Source of the DNA: Styela clava
Lineage: Eukaryota
Assembly: GCF_964204865.1 (NCBI RefSeq)
Contig: NC_135261.1
Span: 1,550,001-1,614,000 of the forward strand
Direction: 5' to 3'
DNA: 64,000 bases
Positions 51,737 to 63,385 of the stretch are shown piece by piece (position 1 is the first letter of the stretch; each line of letters starts with the position of its first letter). The notes beneath the pieces were generated by a model, which searched no databases, had not been told where the DNA came from, and saw only the letters and a program-made list of their open reading frames with translations. The position numbers and the translations under genes were made by a program.

Positions 51737-54734
51737 TTTCTTAAATATTTCCATTAAATTGGGGGGAATTTCCCCACTTTCCGCACGGTGGATTTTTTTT
51801 AAATTTTAATATGTATTTTATATTCGTCCACCAAATACACTGTATCAATAAATTGGATGAGAAAAAATTATTTTTTGCATAAATGGGTTATTCCCTGCGC
51901 TCCCAAAAGCGTACAATCTAGATTCTGAATCTGAACCTATCCAGGTACACCTTTAATATTCAGGTTGTGCGTCATCTTTGTGTCCATATTTCGAGAGTAC
52001 CGAATTTCCCTACTTTCCGCATGGTGGATTTTTTTTAACTTTTAATATGTATTTTATATTTGTCCACCAAACACACTGCATTAATGAATTGGATGAGAAA
52101 AAATTCCTTCTTACCTAAATTACGCTTTAACTGAGTCAAATTGACGATTTCTTATATATATTTTTTAATTGAGGGGGAATTCCCTACTTTCCGCACGGTG
52201 GATTTTTTTTAAATTTTAATATGTATTTTATATTTGTCCACCAAAAACACTGCATTAATGAATTGGATGAGAAAAAACTCTTTCTTACCTAAATTACGCT
52301 TTAACTGAGTCAAATTGACGATTTCTTATATTTTTTTATTCAATTGAGGGGAATTTCCCTACTTTCCGCACGGTGGATTTTTTTCAAATTTTAATATGTA
52401 TTTTATATTTGTCCACCAAATACACCGTATAAATGAATTGGATGAGAAAATATTCTTTCTTGAATAAATTACGCTTTAACTGAGTTAAATAGACGATTTC
52501 TCAAATATTTTCATCAAATTGGGGGGAATTTCCCTACTTTCCGCATGGTGGATTTTTTTTTTAAATTTCAATATATATTTTATATTCGTCCACCAAATAC
52601 ACTGTATTAATGAATTGGATGAGAAAATATTCTTTCTTGCATAAATTATTTTTTAACTAAGTTGGATAGACGATTTCTCAAATATTTCCATTAAATTGAG
52701 GGGAATTTCCCTACTTTCCGCATGGTGGATTTTTTTAAAATTTTGATATGTATTTTATATCTGTCCACCAAATACATTGTATCAATGAATTTGATGAGAA
52801 AATATTCTTTCTTGCATAAATTATGCTTTAACTGAGTTGGATAGACGATTTCTTAAATATTTCCATTAAATTGGGGGGAATTTCCCCACTTTCCGCACGG
52901 TGGATTTTTTTTAAATTTTAATATGTATTTTATATTCGTCCACCAAATACACTGTATCAATAAATTGGATGAGAAAAAATTATTTTTTGCATAAATGGGT
53001 TATTCCCTGCGCTCCCAAAAGCGTACAATCTAGATTCTAAATCTGAACCTATCCTGGTACACCTTTTATATTCAGGTTGTGCGTCATCTTTGTGTCCATA
53101 TTTCGAGAGTACCGAATTTCCCTACTTTCCGCATGGTGGATTTTTTTTAACTTTTAATATGTATTTTATATTTGTCCACCAAACACACTGCATTAATGAA
53201 TTGGATGAGAAAAAACTCCTTCTTACCTAAATTACGCTTTAACTGAGTCAAATTGACGATTTCTTATATTTTTTTCTTCAATTGAGGGGAATTTCCCTAC
53301 TTTCCGCACGGTGGATTTTTTTCAAATTTTAATATGTATTTTATATTTGTCCACCAATTACACTGTATTAATGAATTGGATGAGAAAATATTCTTTCTTG
53401 CATAAATTATTTTTTAACTGAGTTGGATAGACGATTTCTCAAATATTTTCATCAAATTGAGGGGAATTTCCCTACTTTTCGCATGGTGGATTTTTTTTAA
53501 ATTTTAATATGTATTTTATATTTGTCCACCAAATACATCGTATAAATGAATTGGATGAGAAAATATTCTTTCTTGAATAAATTACGCTTTAACTGAGTTA
53601 AATAGACGATTTCTCAAATATTTTCATCAAATTGGGGGGAATTTCCCTACTTTCCGCACGGTGGATTTTTTTTAAATTTCAATATGTATTTTATATTCGT
53701 CCACCAAATACACTGTATTAATGAATTGGATGAGAAATTATTCTTTCTTGCATAAATTATTTTTTAACTAAGTTGGATAGACGATTTCTTAAATATTTCC
53801 ATTAAATTGAGGGGAATTTCCCTACTTTCCGCATGGTGGATTTTTTTTAAATTTTAATATGTATTTTATATTTGTCCACCAAATATATTGTATTAATGAA
53901 TTGGATGAGAAAATATTCTTTCTTGCATAAATTATGCTTTAACTGAGTTGGATAGACGATTTTCTAAATATTTTCATTAAATTGAGGGGAATTTCCCTAC
54001 TTTCCGCACGGTGGATTTTTTTTAAATTTCAATATCCATTTTATATTTGTCCACCAAACTCATTGCATTAATGAATTGGATGAGAAAAAATTCCTTCTTA
54101 CCTAAATTACGCTTTAACTGAGTTAAATTGGAGATTTCCTATATTTTTTTCTTAAACTGGGGGGAATTTTTCTACTTTCCGCACGGTGGATTTTTTTTAA
54201 ATTTTAATATGTATTTTATATTTGTCCACCAAATACACTGTATTAATGAATTGGATGAGAAAATATTATTTCCTGCATAAATGACGCTTTAACTGAGTTA
54301 TATTGACAATTTCTTAAAAATTTTCCTTTAATTGGGGGGTATTTCCCAACTTTCCGCATAGTGAAATTGTTTTAAAATTTAATATATGTTTTATATATCT
54401 TCATCAAATTCACTGTATTAATGAATTGGATGAGAAAAAATTATTTCTTGCATAAATTACGCTTCAACTCAGTTAAATTTTAGATTTTGTCGATAAATGA
54501 GCTTCTGAGCAATAATTCATTTTATCGAGGAAAAAATGTGTTGTTTCAATCATTTTTGTTTTTTAATATGTTTCAGGTCTGTCGTCAGTTTCTAAAAGGG
54601 AGAATCACCTAATTTTTTGCATCCATGTAGCCGCAATTAAGTGAATTCGCGACAAATGTCGTGGAACATGGCGGGTTCAAATTTGGAAAAATTGGTAACT
54701 GTCCGCTGGAAGTGGCCGCTAGCTTTACCTAGGT
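51737..54734 (-). repeat. Right arm: about 15 inverted ~176-bp units plus outer module
   Basis: Reverse complement of the left-arm units; the outer ~260 bp differ from the left end at only about 4 positions. Confidence 0.92.
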
Positions 54735-55379
54735 CCTAATTTTGCATATTACTATCCTATTATCGTCTACCTCGGGGTGGTCCAAACCCAGGCCCGCGAC
54801 TACAGCCTACCAGGGTACCGGTACCGTATTTCTATAAAATTTCAATTATGTTTTTAACATAGCCTTGCGGAAATAAAATATCTCACTCTCTATAACTGCA
54901 CCGTCATAATTATGGGATGGTTGCGCTAACATTATTCACCGGAAATACGTACGTCTGCTGGAAAGTGAAGTCATGACGTATAATAATAAGTATAAGTTTA
55001 TTCCGACTCCATAATCAGCAATAGACGATAAAAAAATAGATAAAACAAAAGTAAAAGTAACTGATTATAGAATCGGGAAAGTGAACAAAACCTAGAGTAA
55101 GGTTTGAAACGTACAGATTTTAGATGGAAAGGTATTGATAAAAGGAGTAGTACGTGTTCGCTCACCCAAAAGTAAAAAAAAAAATCTAATTAAGGCACAC
55201 ACGCACACGCACACACACAATCATCGAGACATGATACTGTCGGAAGCGGAAAAAGCGAGACTTAAAAGTAAAAAGGAAGGAAAATATACAAACAAATGAA
55301 AAAAAAAATGAATAAATTCTTTTGTCACACCAAATTAATAATTTTATGAGGATTGCCAAATTGGATACCGAATTAGTCA

Positions 55380-56140
55380 ACAGTCAGTCAGTCAGTAGTT
55401 TATTTAATCCCAAACCGAATGTAAACATTGACGAACAAAATTGAAAAAAATGAAAAATTACATTTCAGTGTGAAGGGAGACGCGATAAACCAGAGAAGGT
55501 TATCGAGCAGCGTCACCTTTGAGGCAGTAAGTCTAATATTAAATCATAATGAGAAAGAAGTCAAACATAAAATACTAACAAAAGCCGGACTTGAGACGCC
55601 ATTAAGCGACCCGGTAACCCGGATAATAACGAAAGAAAGCAACTCCAGACACGACAGGCCGCGGTCGCCACGGTGACCGCATATCATTGAACAACCAACC
55701 AAGAGAGCCGGACTGCCGTGGTTATTCTGTGGCTGCGCTAAAGACTTTTGTCCTCTTGGCGCAGTGCCGGTATCGCATTTGAGAGGGACATCACCGGATA
55801 GTTTTAATTAATTTACAAGCTAAGCAATGTTTTAAATACACACTCGTGGGGCTATGCAGAGGCTGTGTGTTGGAGGTAAATAGGCTAATATATATACGAT
55901 AACAATAAAAAGAGTTAGAAATGGGAAAAAAAAATAAGAGGTAAGTTAAACATTATTCTGATGTATGCTAAGTGGTTGTTAGACCGAAACGTTGTTATGT
56001 ATTGTGGATAGAAAAGTATTCCTCAAAAGATATCGTCAAGCTGATTGTAATTGGAGCCATCTAATGCCAAATTGCCCAATCAGAATTGCCAAGTTGGATG
56101 TATGAAGAGGTGGGCTAGACCTGCTTCACTCATCAAATAG
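55380..56140 (-). mobile_element. Probable degraded LINE 3' fragment
   Basis: On the minus strand, AATAAA followed by a (CTGA)n tail; upstream sequence is loosely ORF2-C-terminus-like. Confidence 0.35.
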
Positions 56141-56345
56141 AATCTACAACAAGCCAAATAACGACCAAATTATTTTAAATACTATTAATCAATAACAGTA
56201 TCGGTAATCATAATTAAAATTAATTAGGGCGGTATGATACAGAGGTAGGAAAATTGGTTAAGGGAATATATATGGTGTTTAAGGTTCAAGTAAGGTTTCT
56301 AGGGTCATGGATTATAGGCAAGTAACTTTAATTGAGGTTGTTGAT

Positions 56346-56559
56346 TGTTACTGTTCTACTTTATTCATTTCAAGCACTGCATTCTTTCACTTTCGTTTTG
56401 CTTCATTTATTATGTTCGCTCAGGCGTGAATAATTTTCTATTGTGTTTTGTCTTCTGTTTTCACTGTTTGGGCAGCATGCTCATTATTAGTTTGTGGTTT
56501 TGTTAATCTGTATTAATCGATGTATTGACTTTGAACTGAGTTGTATTGTCAACTTTACA
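56346..56559 (+). mobile_element. Solo LTR of the copia family at 25293
   Basis: Identical 214 bp; 5-bp TSD TTGAT on both sides; no PBS or internal sequence. Confidence 0.96.
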
Positions 56560-57400
56560 TTGATCACTGCGGTCAGTTCAAATTCATCACGGATGATTCA
56601 TCAGTCTCCAAGTTTTGTTGATGTATACACCTTTCATGTTGACATAGATAGCATTTAAATTGATCATCATGACGTCCTGAAAAACGAAAAATATATCTGC
56701 GAGTACAATATTCAATGATTGCAAATAAGGAATCAATAGAAAACTACCCTACACCTTTGAGTGGAAGTTGTTGAATTGTGTAAATATTGATTAATATTAA
56801 TTAAATATCATTAGACTGCTAGTTGAAAGACCTGAGAGAAAAGAGATTGTGGTTGGGACACAAGAGAAATTGTTCACGGACCATGCAAAAATCTTTCGAT
56901 GTCGATCAAACCACACACATGTATGCCATTATCTTAGTCATTAATATCACACTAACCCTTACACATTTGCATGCTATACACAGCATAAATTCGACCAAGG
57001 ATAAAAACTTTGTACACACGCAGGACACAGCATATAGTACTACAGCAAGTTAAAATGTAGGGGAGAATCCAAATATACCTCAACTGGTCACCTAATTACA
57101 ATATTAGGTAGGGTATTTTGCGCAGATGTAAAAAAAAACGAAAACTTTAATGTTATTAGTTGGGTAAAACAGCCATCGAAAACTCCCCACCGACGCTGGC
57201 CAGGTACGGCTCTGAATCAGCATATTATTTATACAATAATTTTACACGGATGTACTGAACAGTACCGGTAGCTAAAGTCGCACAAACACTCTCAAATATT
57301 GTTGCTTTTTCAGTGTATAGTTAAACAATTGTGAAGTTATGTTAATATAGGCTATAAAAAATTCAGATTTTTCAAGTTTTTTTTTATTAAATAACCACAG

Positions 57401-58490
57401 GTGTTGACACAGCAAACTGACGCAAAGACACGATATCCATTTTATTAAAATATCGCGATCCATCGAACCTAAGTTTCGGCAAACGCCTTCATCATGGTAA
57501 TGTATTTATTTGTGAAGACCATTTTCATACAAAAGAAATTCATAAATGTAAGTATTCTACGTTTGTTTCATTTATACAGATGATTGTATTTTTTCTTTCC
57601 CAGGTATAACAGTAACCACGAATTGAAGCCGCTTTCTATATATATTAGTTAAATACATTTGTTATTTAATAAAGGTTTTGTTTTTTTGTAGCGTCAATAA
57701 AATCGTGGCTTCTTCCTGGATCACTTCCAAGTCTGAAGTTACCCGAAAAAAAACTTTCGCATCAAAAACCAATGGCAAGAAGAAATTCAGTTAGGAGACC
57801 CGCAGAACCACACAGAATTTCTAATTATTTCCGAACTCCGTCCATCTTTTAAGAAAGAGTTGTCCCCTTCATATTTGAATCAGTCAAATCATCAAATTCA
57901 TGCTGAATAATTCGAATTACACAACAGACACAATCTTAGAAGTTAATGAAGATCTAACCATATCTTTATATTTACACGGCATTCCAGTCCCGAAAAATCC
58001 GTTATTGGATAATATATGTATAAAAACTATGCCCATTGAAGAGTGCCTAAAAATTATATATATCTGAACTTCATTTGTGCAAGGGATATGAAAACGTTTA
58101 TAAGCCATGCAATTGGATTCCGTGCCCAATTTATTCAAAACAAATTCATCCCACATACAAGGCGAGTCTTTAGCGATACCTCAACAAAATATAGTTGGTT
58201 ACCTCTAATATTGCTGTACTGATAATACTGATTCTTTTCTTCCATGTTCAGCACTTAAATCGATTTATCTAGGTATCTCAGCAAAAGCTGTCAAGTTGTC
58301 GTACAGCATGAAGGTGCGTCTTGTACTTCGTGTATATCAAAGTCACATGATAAAAATTATAACGAAAGTAGATCAGCAAAGCGTGCAAAAGTAATGAAAA
58401 ATCCGGCCCAAGACGGATTAAAAAATCTTAGGCTTTGTAGAAAGGAACGTCTCGTGGCAATTATAATTCAAAAAGATAATATGTGAGCTT
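57401..58490 (+). pseudogene. THAP-domain (P-element/THAP9-like) transposase relic
   Basis: Exon 57401-57547 N*RKD..VFICEDHF (TGA at the expected Trp); the next exon from 57692 reads LLPGSLPSLKLPEK (AVPT-box-like); multiple stops follow. Confidence 0.6.
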
Positions 58491-58549
58491 AGGTTTAAAA
58501 TATTCTGAAAACTCGGAACGAGTTTCTAATTACCGGTAATACCATAGAG

Positions 58550-59951
58550 CAGTGGTCGGCAACCTTTTCCAAGTGACGGACCGGTAAAGCTTGATCAAAC
58601 TTTTGGCGGACCACCTTTATACAAACGAACTAGGCCTATGCAATAAATTATACGCATTAGGAAATTTATGCTGACAATATGCTAAAAACGACGGTGATGC
58701 TATTTAATGTGATGTCTGTATTTGTTTGATGGTCATTCCCTGTTCCCATATTCGAGATATGGTCGACATTGACACACGTAGCGTGTTTCTTACTTCCAGC
58801 CTATTTCGTTTTTGTAGTTATCAGTACTGAAAATCAGGCCTCGCATTGAGATTTCGGGAAGGTTAACAATGCCTGTATCGTTTTGTTGGGGAGATCTTTG
58901 TCGGACTGATGAGAGACGTGGAGAAAACAATTGACCCAGCATTATTGCGACATACTGACATGGCAATTGTTTATGAAATCAGACATGTTGCTCAATAGTG
59001 TTATGCAGTGGTCGGCAAACTTCATGTACTTGCGGGCCAAATATAAACATTTCTGGTAGCGCGCGGGCCGCAATATTCCCGCCTTCGAACAATTGCTTCC
59101 ATAGTTATTAAACTTCAAATTATGGCGCATTCGCATTGCTACTCTTCTATTGCTGTGTTGAAAGCCTGTCCCAATGAGATGTATAGGTGGCGTTTTATTT
59201 TCCAGCGATACATTGTTTTTATGTACTTATTATCAATGTGAAAGATGATGTTTTATGGCAACACGTCGCTCAAATGATGATCTGACAAGCGAGTACTAAA
59301 TTTAATCTAAGTGTAATGCATTTTAGATGAAGCTGCTCAAGGCCATATGTTCTTCCGAACGTGCACATTACACGTTTTGCACTGTCGCACAGATGAGCTG
59401 GGGCGCAGTCCCGGGGTCGAATTTTCGACGACTCGTTTCGTAACGAGTTTAACATCGAAACCCTCGACAACTGCGATGCTGACTGGGCATATCGGGCAAA
59501 CCGGTTTTGGAATGCGCAAGGAAGAAAACATTTTTCCGTTCAAGCACTTTGAAATGCTCGACCCACGTCGCTCCGTTTTGCAGACATTTTCAAATTTTAA
59601 AAATCAAAATTAACTCGAACGACATACAACTGACGCTACTTGTTACATAAGAAGCGCCGTACAGCAGCACTTGTCACCACATAAATCCGCGTAAAGACAA
59701 TAATAAATTCGGGATTAATTTTTGTTTTATTTATTTAATGTCGGGTCGTTCAAGGGCCACAACGAATTAGCTGGCGGGCCGCATTTTTTCCGACCCCTGG
59801 TGTTGTGTTTGTCTGGTTTACTGTTGGGTGCTGTTTTTTAGTCCTAGCGTTTGTGGTTAGATTGTAGAGGTTTTATTACGGCCTTGTCCGTTTTTGTGTC
59901 ACCTCTTTGCGGACCGGCGATGGGCCGCGGCCCGGTGGTTGCCGACCACTG
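58550..59951 (-). mobile_element. hAT (Buster/Charlie-like) deletion derivative with a nested hAT MITE at 59006-59799
   Basis: TIR CAGTGGTCGGCAACC/GGTTGCCGACCACTG; TSD CCATAGAG; inner TSD GTGTTATG/GTGTTGTG; minus-strand CEA*FSVL..KTK remnant of the hAT dimerisation domain at ~58760-58900. Confidence 0.78.
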
Positions 59952-60081
59952 CCATAGAGCAGGGGTGGGCACACCGCGGCTCGCGCGACTTTTTGTGCGG
60001 CTCTTCTCGCTAACATAAATTATTATCCAAATTTTAACTAAAAGAAAAACTTTAATGTAAACTTTTTTAATTTATTAAAAG

Positions 60082-60486
60082 TTATCTATAAACATCATGT
60101 TTGTATTCATCGATTCTTCGTTTCCGAAAACAATCTGTAACATGATTACCGTAGTTCCTACCCAGTGGGGAACAGAAATAAGTATCTGAAAAACGCTTAG
60201 AAATATCATTGGGATCGTAGATTTTCATCCTGACTAAAGATTCCCCCAGGTCAAAGGTCATGCATGTGTCATCGGTATATCGCACATAACCTCATTCGAT
60301 GCTAGAAAATCCAGATCTTCGTGCGTCAGTAACTTCGTCATTGATGGTATCATAATATGATTTCACAGTTTCATAAGGAAGTGTTTTCCAGTCATTTTCA
60401 AAGTTAGCTCCCAAACAATCTCCAAATAGTGCACCGAGAGATACTCCTTGGGACTTTGATAAAAGTGTTAATTCTTGTGCAGCCAT
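60082..60486 (-). pseudogene. Truncated duplicate of ARH3 paralog B
   Basis: In-frame GAA>TGA at 60292-60294; homology ends after DVYR, where a hAT MITE fragment (59960-~60084) abuts it. Confidence 0.9.
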
Positions 60487-61495
60487 TCCCAGATAATATA
60501 TTAATTTATAACTTTTATTTAGCTGTGAATATATGAAGCAAATGATTAAAACACAGCACAATACAATGATACCAATTCAGAATAAAGAAAATATTACTGC
60601 AATAAACTTTATAGTAATACTGTAAACACAAATATTATAGCACAGTAAAAAAAATTACGGCTATCAATGGTGGAATCGCTACCAGAAAGAAATAAAATAG
60701 GCAGGTAATGCTGAGCTGGGACTTTCAAAAAAGACTTACCGGTACATATTATGTACAAGTAGTGGCCTCAGTAGGCTTATTAACTTCGAAATAGAGAAAT
60801 ATTAGCTGGGGATGATTGTAAATAAGCTATAAACACAAAAAAATTGTCTGAACAGAATGCAATGATAGGCAATATTTACATAGATGGAAAATCATAAAAA
60901 ATTTTATGAACAACCCAACAAGTACAAAAAAGCAAAAATTTTATTGGTGGACTCAGAAGAGTATTGCAGAGACTCATTACTTATCGATTTTAATTGGTAA
61001 GTATGTTGATAGGTATTTGTCTGTCTGTATGTCTGTTAGATGCATGCCATATCTCACGAAAGCGAGATTGAATCTGCTCCAGATTTTGCATGTGCATTCA
61101 AGCGAGTTCTTAATTGATTAGTGATGGGACGCAAGGTGTCACTATGGAGTGAGGGCGCTGTTTTGGGGGATCCCCTAACTTTCGATCGATAAGTCTTCGG
61201 TCTCTGACCGATATTCTCTTTTGTTTATTATTCCAGACCCACGAGGTCAACATCAAAAACATGGAAATGCAAATAAAGTAGGCAAACTAAATAAAATATT
61301 GCAATGCCAACAAAAAAATAATTGTAGCAGATACTGAAAAGAAAATTTTCCCAATAATTAAATGTGAACAGATTTTTTTTGATAAAATTGTCCCAGGGAG
61401 AAGTATACAAATGTAATAGTTTTCTGACACCCCCTCCATCTTCGAAGCATTCAAAACTTGAACTTACTAGGTCCAGCACTTGCTAAGAAATTCAA

Positions 61496-61863
61496 CGAGA
61501 ATATCGGTTGGAAACCCAAGACTTATCGATCGATAGTTAGGGGATCCCCCAAAACAGAAACTGCAGTTTCGATTCATCCACTCTTGTAACTTGCGCATCG
61601 CACACACACACTCGGCGGGTTTCAAAATTCTCTCGCTTTACAAAAATCTAGATCACTATATCAATAATTGATTGATAACTCGCTAATTATACTACATGAT
61701 TCGCCCAAAATCAATAGGCTGCTGGTCCGAGATAAGATGAATGCACATGCAAAATCTGGAGCAGATTTAATCTCGCTTTCGTGAGATATCGCGTGCATCT
61801 AACAGACACACAGACAGACAAATACCTATCAATATACTTACCGATCTTAAGATCGGTAAGTAA
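61496..61863 (-). mobile_element. DINE-1/Helentron-like element (H2) present only in duplicate copy 2
   Basis: Empty site TTCAA|TAAGTCT at ~43373 in copy 1; no duplication beyond an ambiguous AA. Confidence 0.8.
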
Positions 61864-62305
61864 TAAGTCTATATCTATGCGATACATAAGTCCAGTTTCA
61901 TGTACACCAATTGAAAAGGCCACATTGATAGCCCATCAGATAAGGTATCTTGGAATCGAATAATGATTGGAAAAGGATGTTAATTGTTTTTCTGTATCCT
62001 GTCAGAAACAATCAAAGATATTTAGTACGAATAAAATAGACATCTTACTGCAAACAGGTAAATTTAAAAAATGAAACAGTAATATTTATATTTTAATATA
62101 TATTAAAAATTTGTACCATAAACTATGAGAATAGCTTGTATTTTAATATAGCTAAAATCATCAATTAGAAGGCCTATGAATCCACAGCCCTTTTTAGGAA
62201 TATTCAAAACAAGGTCGCGAGAACTCAATAAGAAAACAAAGACAATGATGAGTGAATCTATAGAGACGACAACAAAACACCGAGAGCCATTCACAATATA
62301 ACGAG

Positions 62306-63385
62306 TCAAGATTTTTTATTCTTTCTACTGTTCTCATTCATTTTATACAGCTTATTAGCAAGTTTCATAGCCTTATCAGAACCCTCACAAGCTGTGACCC
62401 ATTCTGATGGGATAGAATCCACTCCATAATATGCGCCAGCTATTGCCCCTGCCATACAAGCAACTGTGTCAGAGTCATGGCTCACAGAAGTGGCGTAAAG
62501 AACAGTTCTAACCATGCCATTGTAAGTTGATAATGTTGGAACATTGTTAGTTTTTAGTGAGTGTAAGAAAAAGAAAATTGCTGGCGGAACGGCCTGGATA
62601 GCTAACACACCCGTACCAAGTTTCGAGACAATTTCTCTTGGTGTAACTTCACTCTCTTTTTCAAGTAATTCCATCACATTTGACATTCCATTTTCAAAAA
62701 TTTCCATGTCTTCTTTAATAGGTGTGATTTCTTTAAATTGATCTAATAATTCTTGGCAAAATATTTTAGCATTATCAATTTTTCCCGATGTCATAGCTTT
62801 TTCAATTGCAAGCGCTTGTAGTACGGCACCGTTGATTCCTCTTGGGTTTGTGTGGGTTAGCTTAGATTGCGCAACTACCAAGGTTAACATCTCGATAATA
62901 TTATCATGATGTAACAAAGCAACTGGTGAAACCCTCATAGCGGAACCGTTTCCATAGGAACCAGAACCACCAAACTGTTCACTTGCTGGTTTATAAACAT
63001 CACCACGGCAACTGTTTTCTTTCAGTTTACTAAAGACTTTCGCAACATGTCTTCCGTAATTCCTTTCTTTTGGCGAAGCAAAAAACGTCTCTGTAAATCG
63101 CTTAGCAACATCTTGTGGCTTATACTTCCTATTTTTAGTCAGCGATTTAGCAAGGTCAAATGTCATGCAGGTGTCATCAGTGTAATGAACAAAACCAGAA
63201 TCAGCTTTTGGTGTTCCCATAGCAACCTTATCTTTGATTGTTTCATAATAAGAGATAACTTTTTCATATGGCAAAACGCTCCAATTAGTTTCAAATTTAG
63301 CTCCCAAACAGTCCCCAAATAAAGCTCCGAGAGAAACTCCTTGGAACCTTGACAGAAGAGACAATTCCAATTCTTGAGTTGCCAT
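62306..63385 (-). CDS. ADPRS: ARH3-like paralog A, second intact copy (359 aa, 6 aa differences)
   Basis: Open, full-length ORF with catalytic motifs intact. Confidence 0.88.
   Translation of the reverse strand: MATQELELSLLSRFQGVSLGALFGDCLGAKFETNWSVLPYEKVISYYETIKDKVAMGTPKADSGFVHYTDDTCMTFDLAKSLTKNRKYKPQDVAKRFTETFFASPKERNYGRHVAKVFSKLKENSCRGDVYKPASEQFGGSGSYGNGSAMRVSPVALLHHDNIIEMLTLVVAQSKLTHTNPRGINGAVLQALAIEKAMTSGKIDNAKIFCQELLDQFKEITPIKEDMEIFENGMSNVMELLEKESEVTPREIVSKLGTGVLAIQAVPPAIFFFLHSLKTNNVPTLSTYNGMVRTVLYATSVSHDSDTVACMAGAIAGAYYGVDSIPSEWVTACEGSDKAMKLANKLYKMNENSRKNKKS

Larger units (their letters stand above)
45739..54734. mobile_element. Foldback-type DNA transposon (Mutator/MULE-like by its 9-bp TSD), 8996 bp, non-autonomous
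   Basis: Termini ACCTAGGTAAAGCTAGCGGCCACTTCCAGCGG and its reverse complement; perfect TSD CCTAATTTT (45730-45738, 54735-54743); multi-kb inverted arms. Confidence 0.92.

Noticed and set aside
46000-54475. CRISPR-like or centromeric array
   Set aside because: Units are contiguous with no unique spacers, the context is eukaryotic, and the arrays are bounded by TIR ends and a TSD.
56570-56677. Minus-strand exon-like block FKCYLCQHERCIHQ (SWIM- or CxC-like)
   Set aside because: Too short, and no convincing adjoining exons; cannot be assigned without a search.
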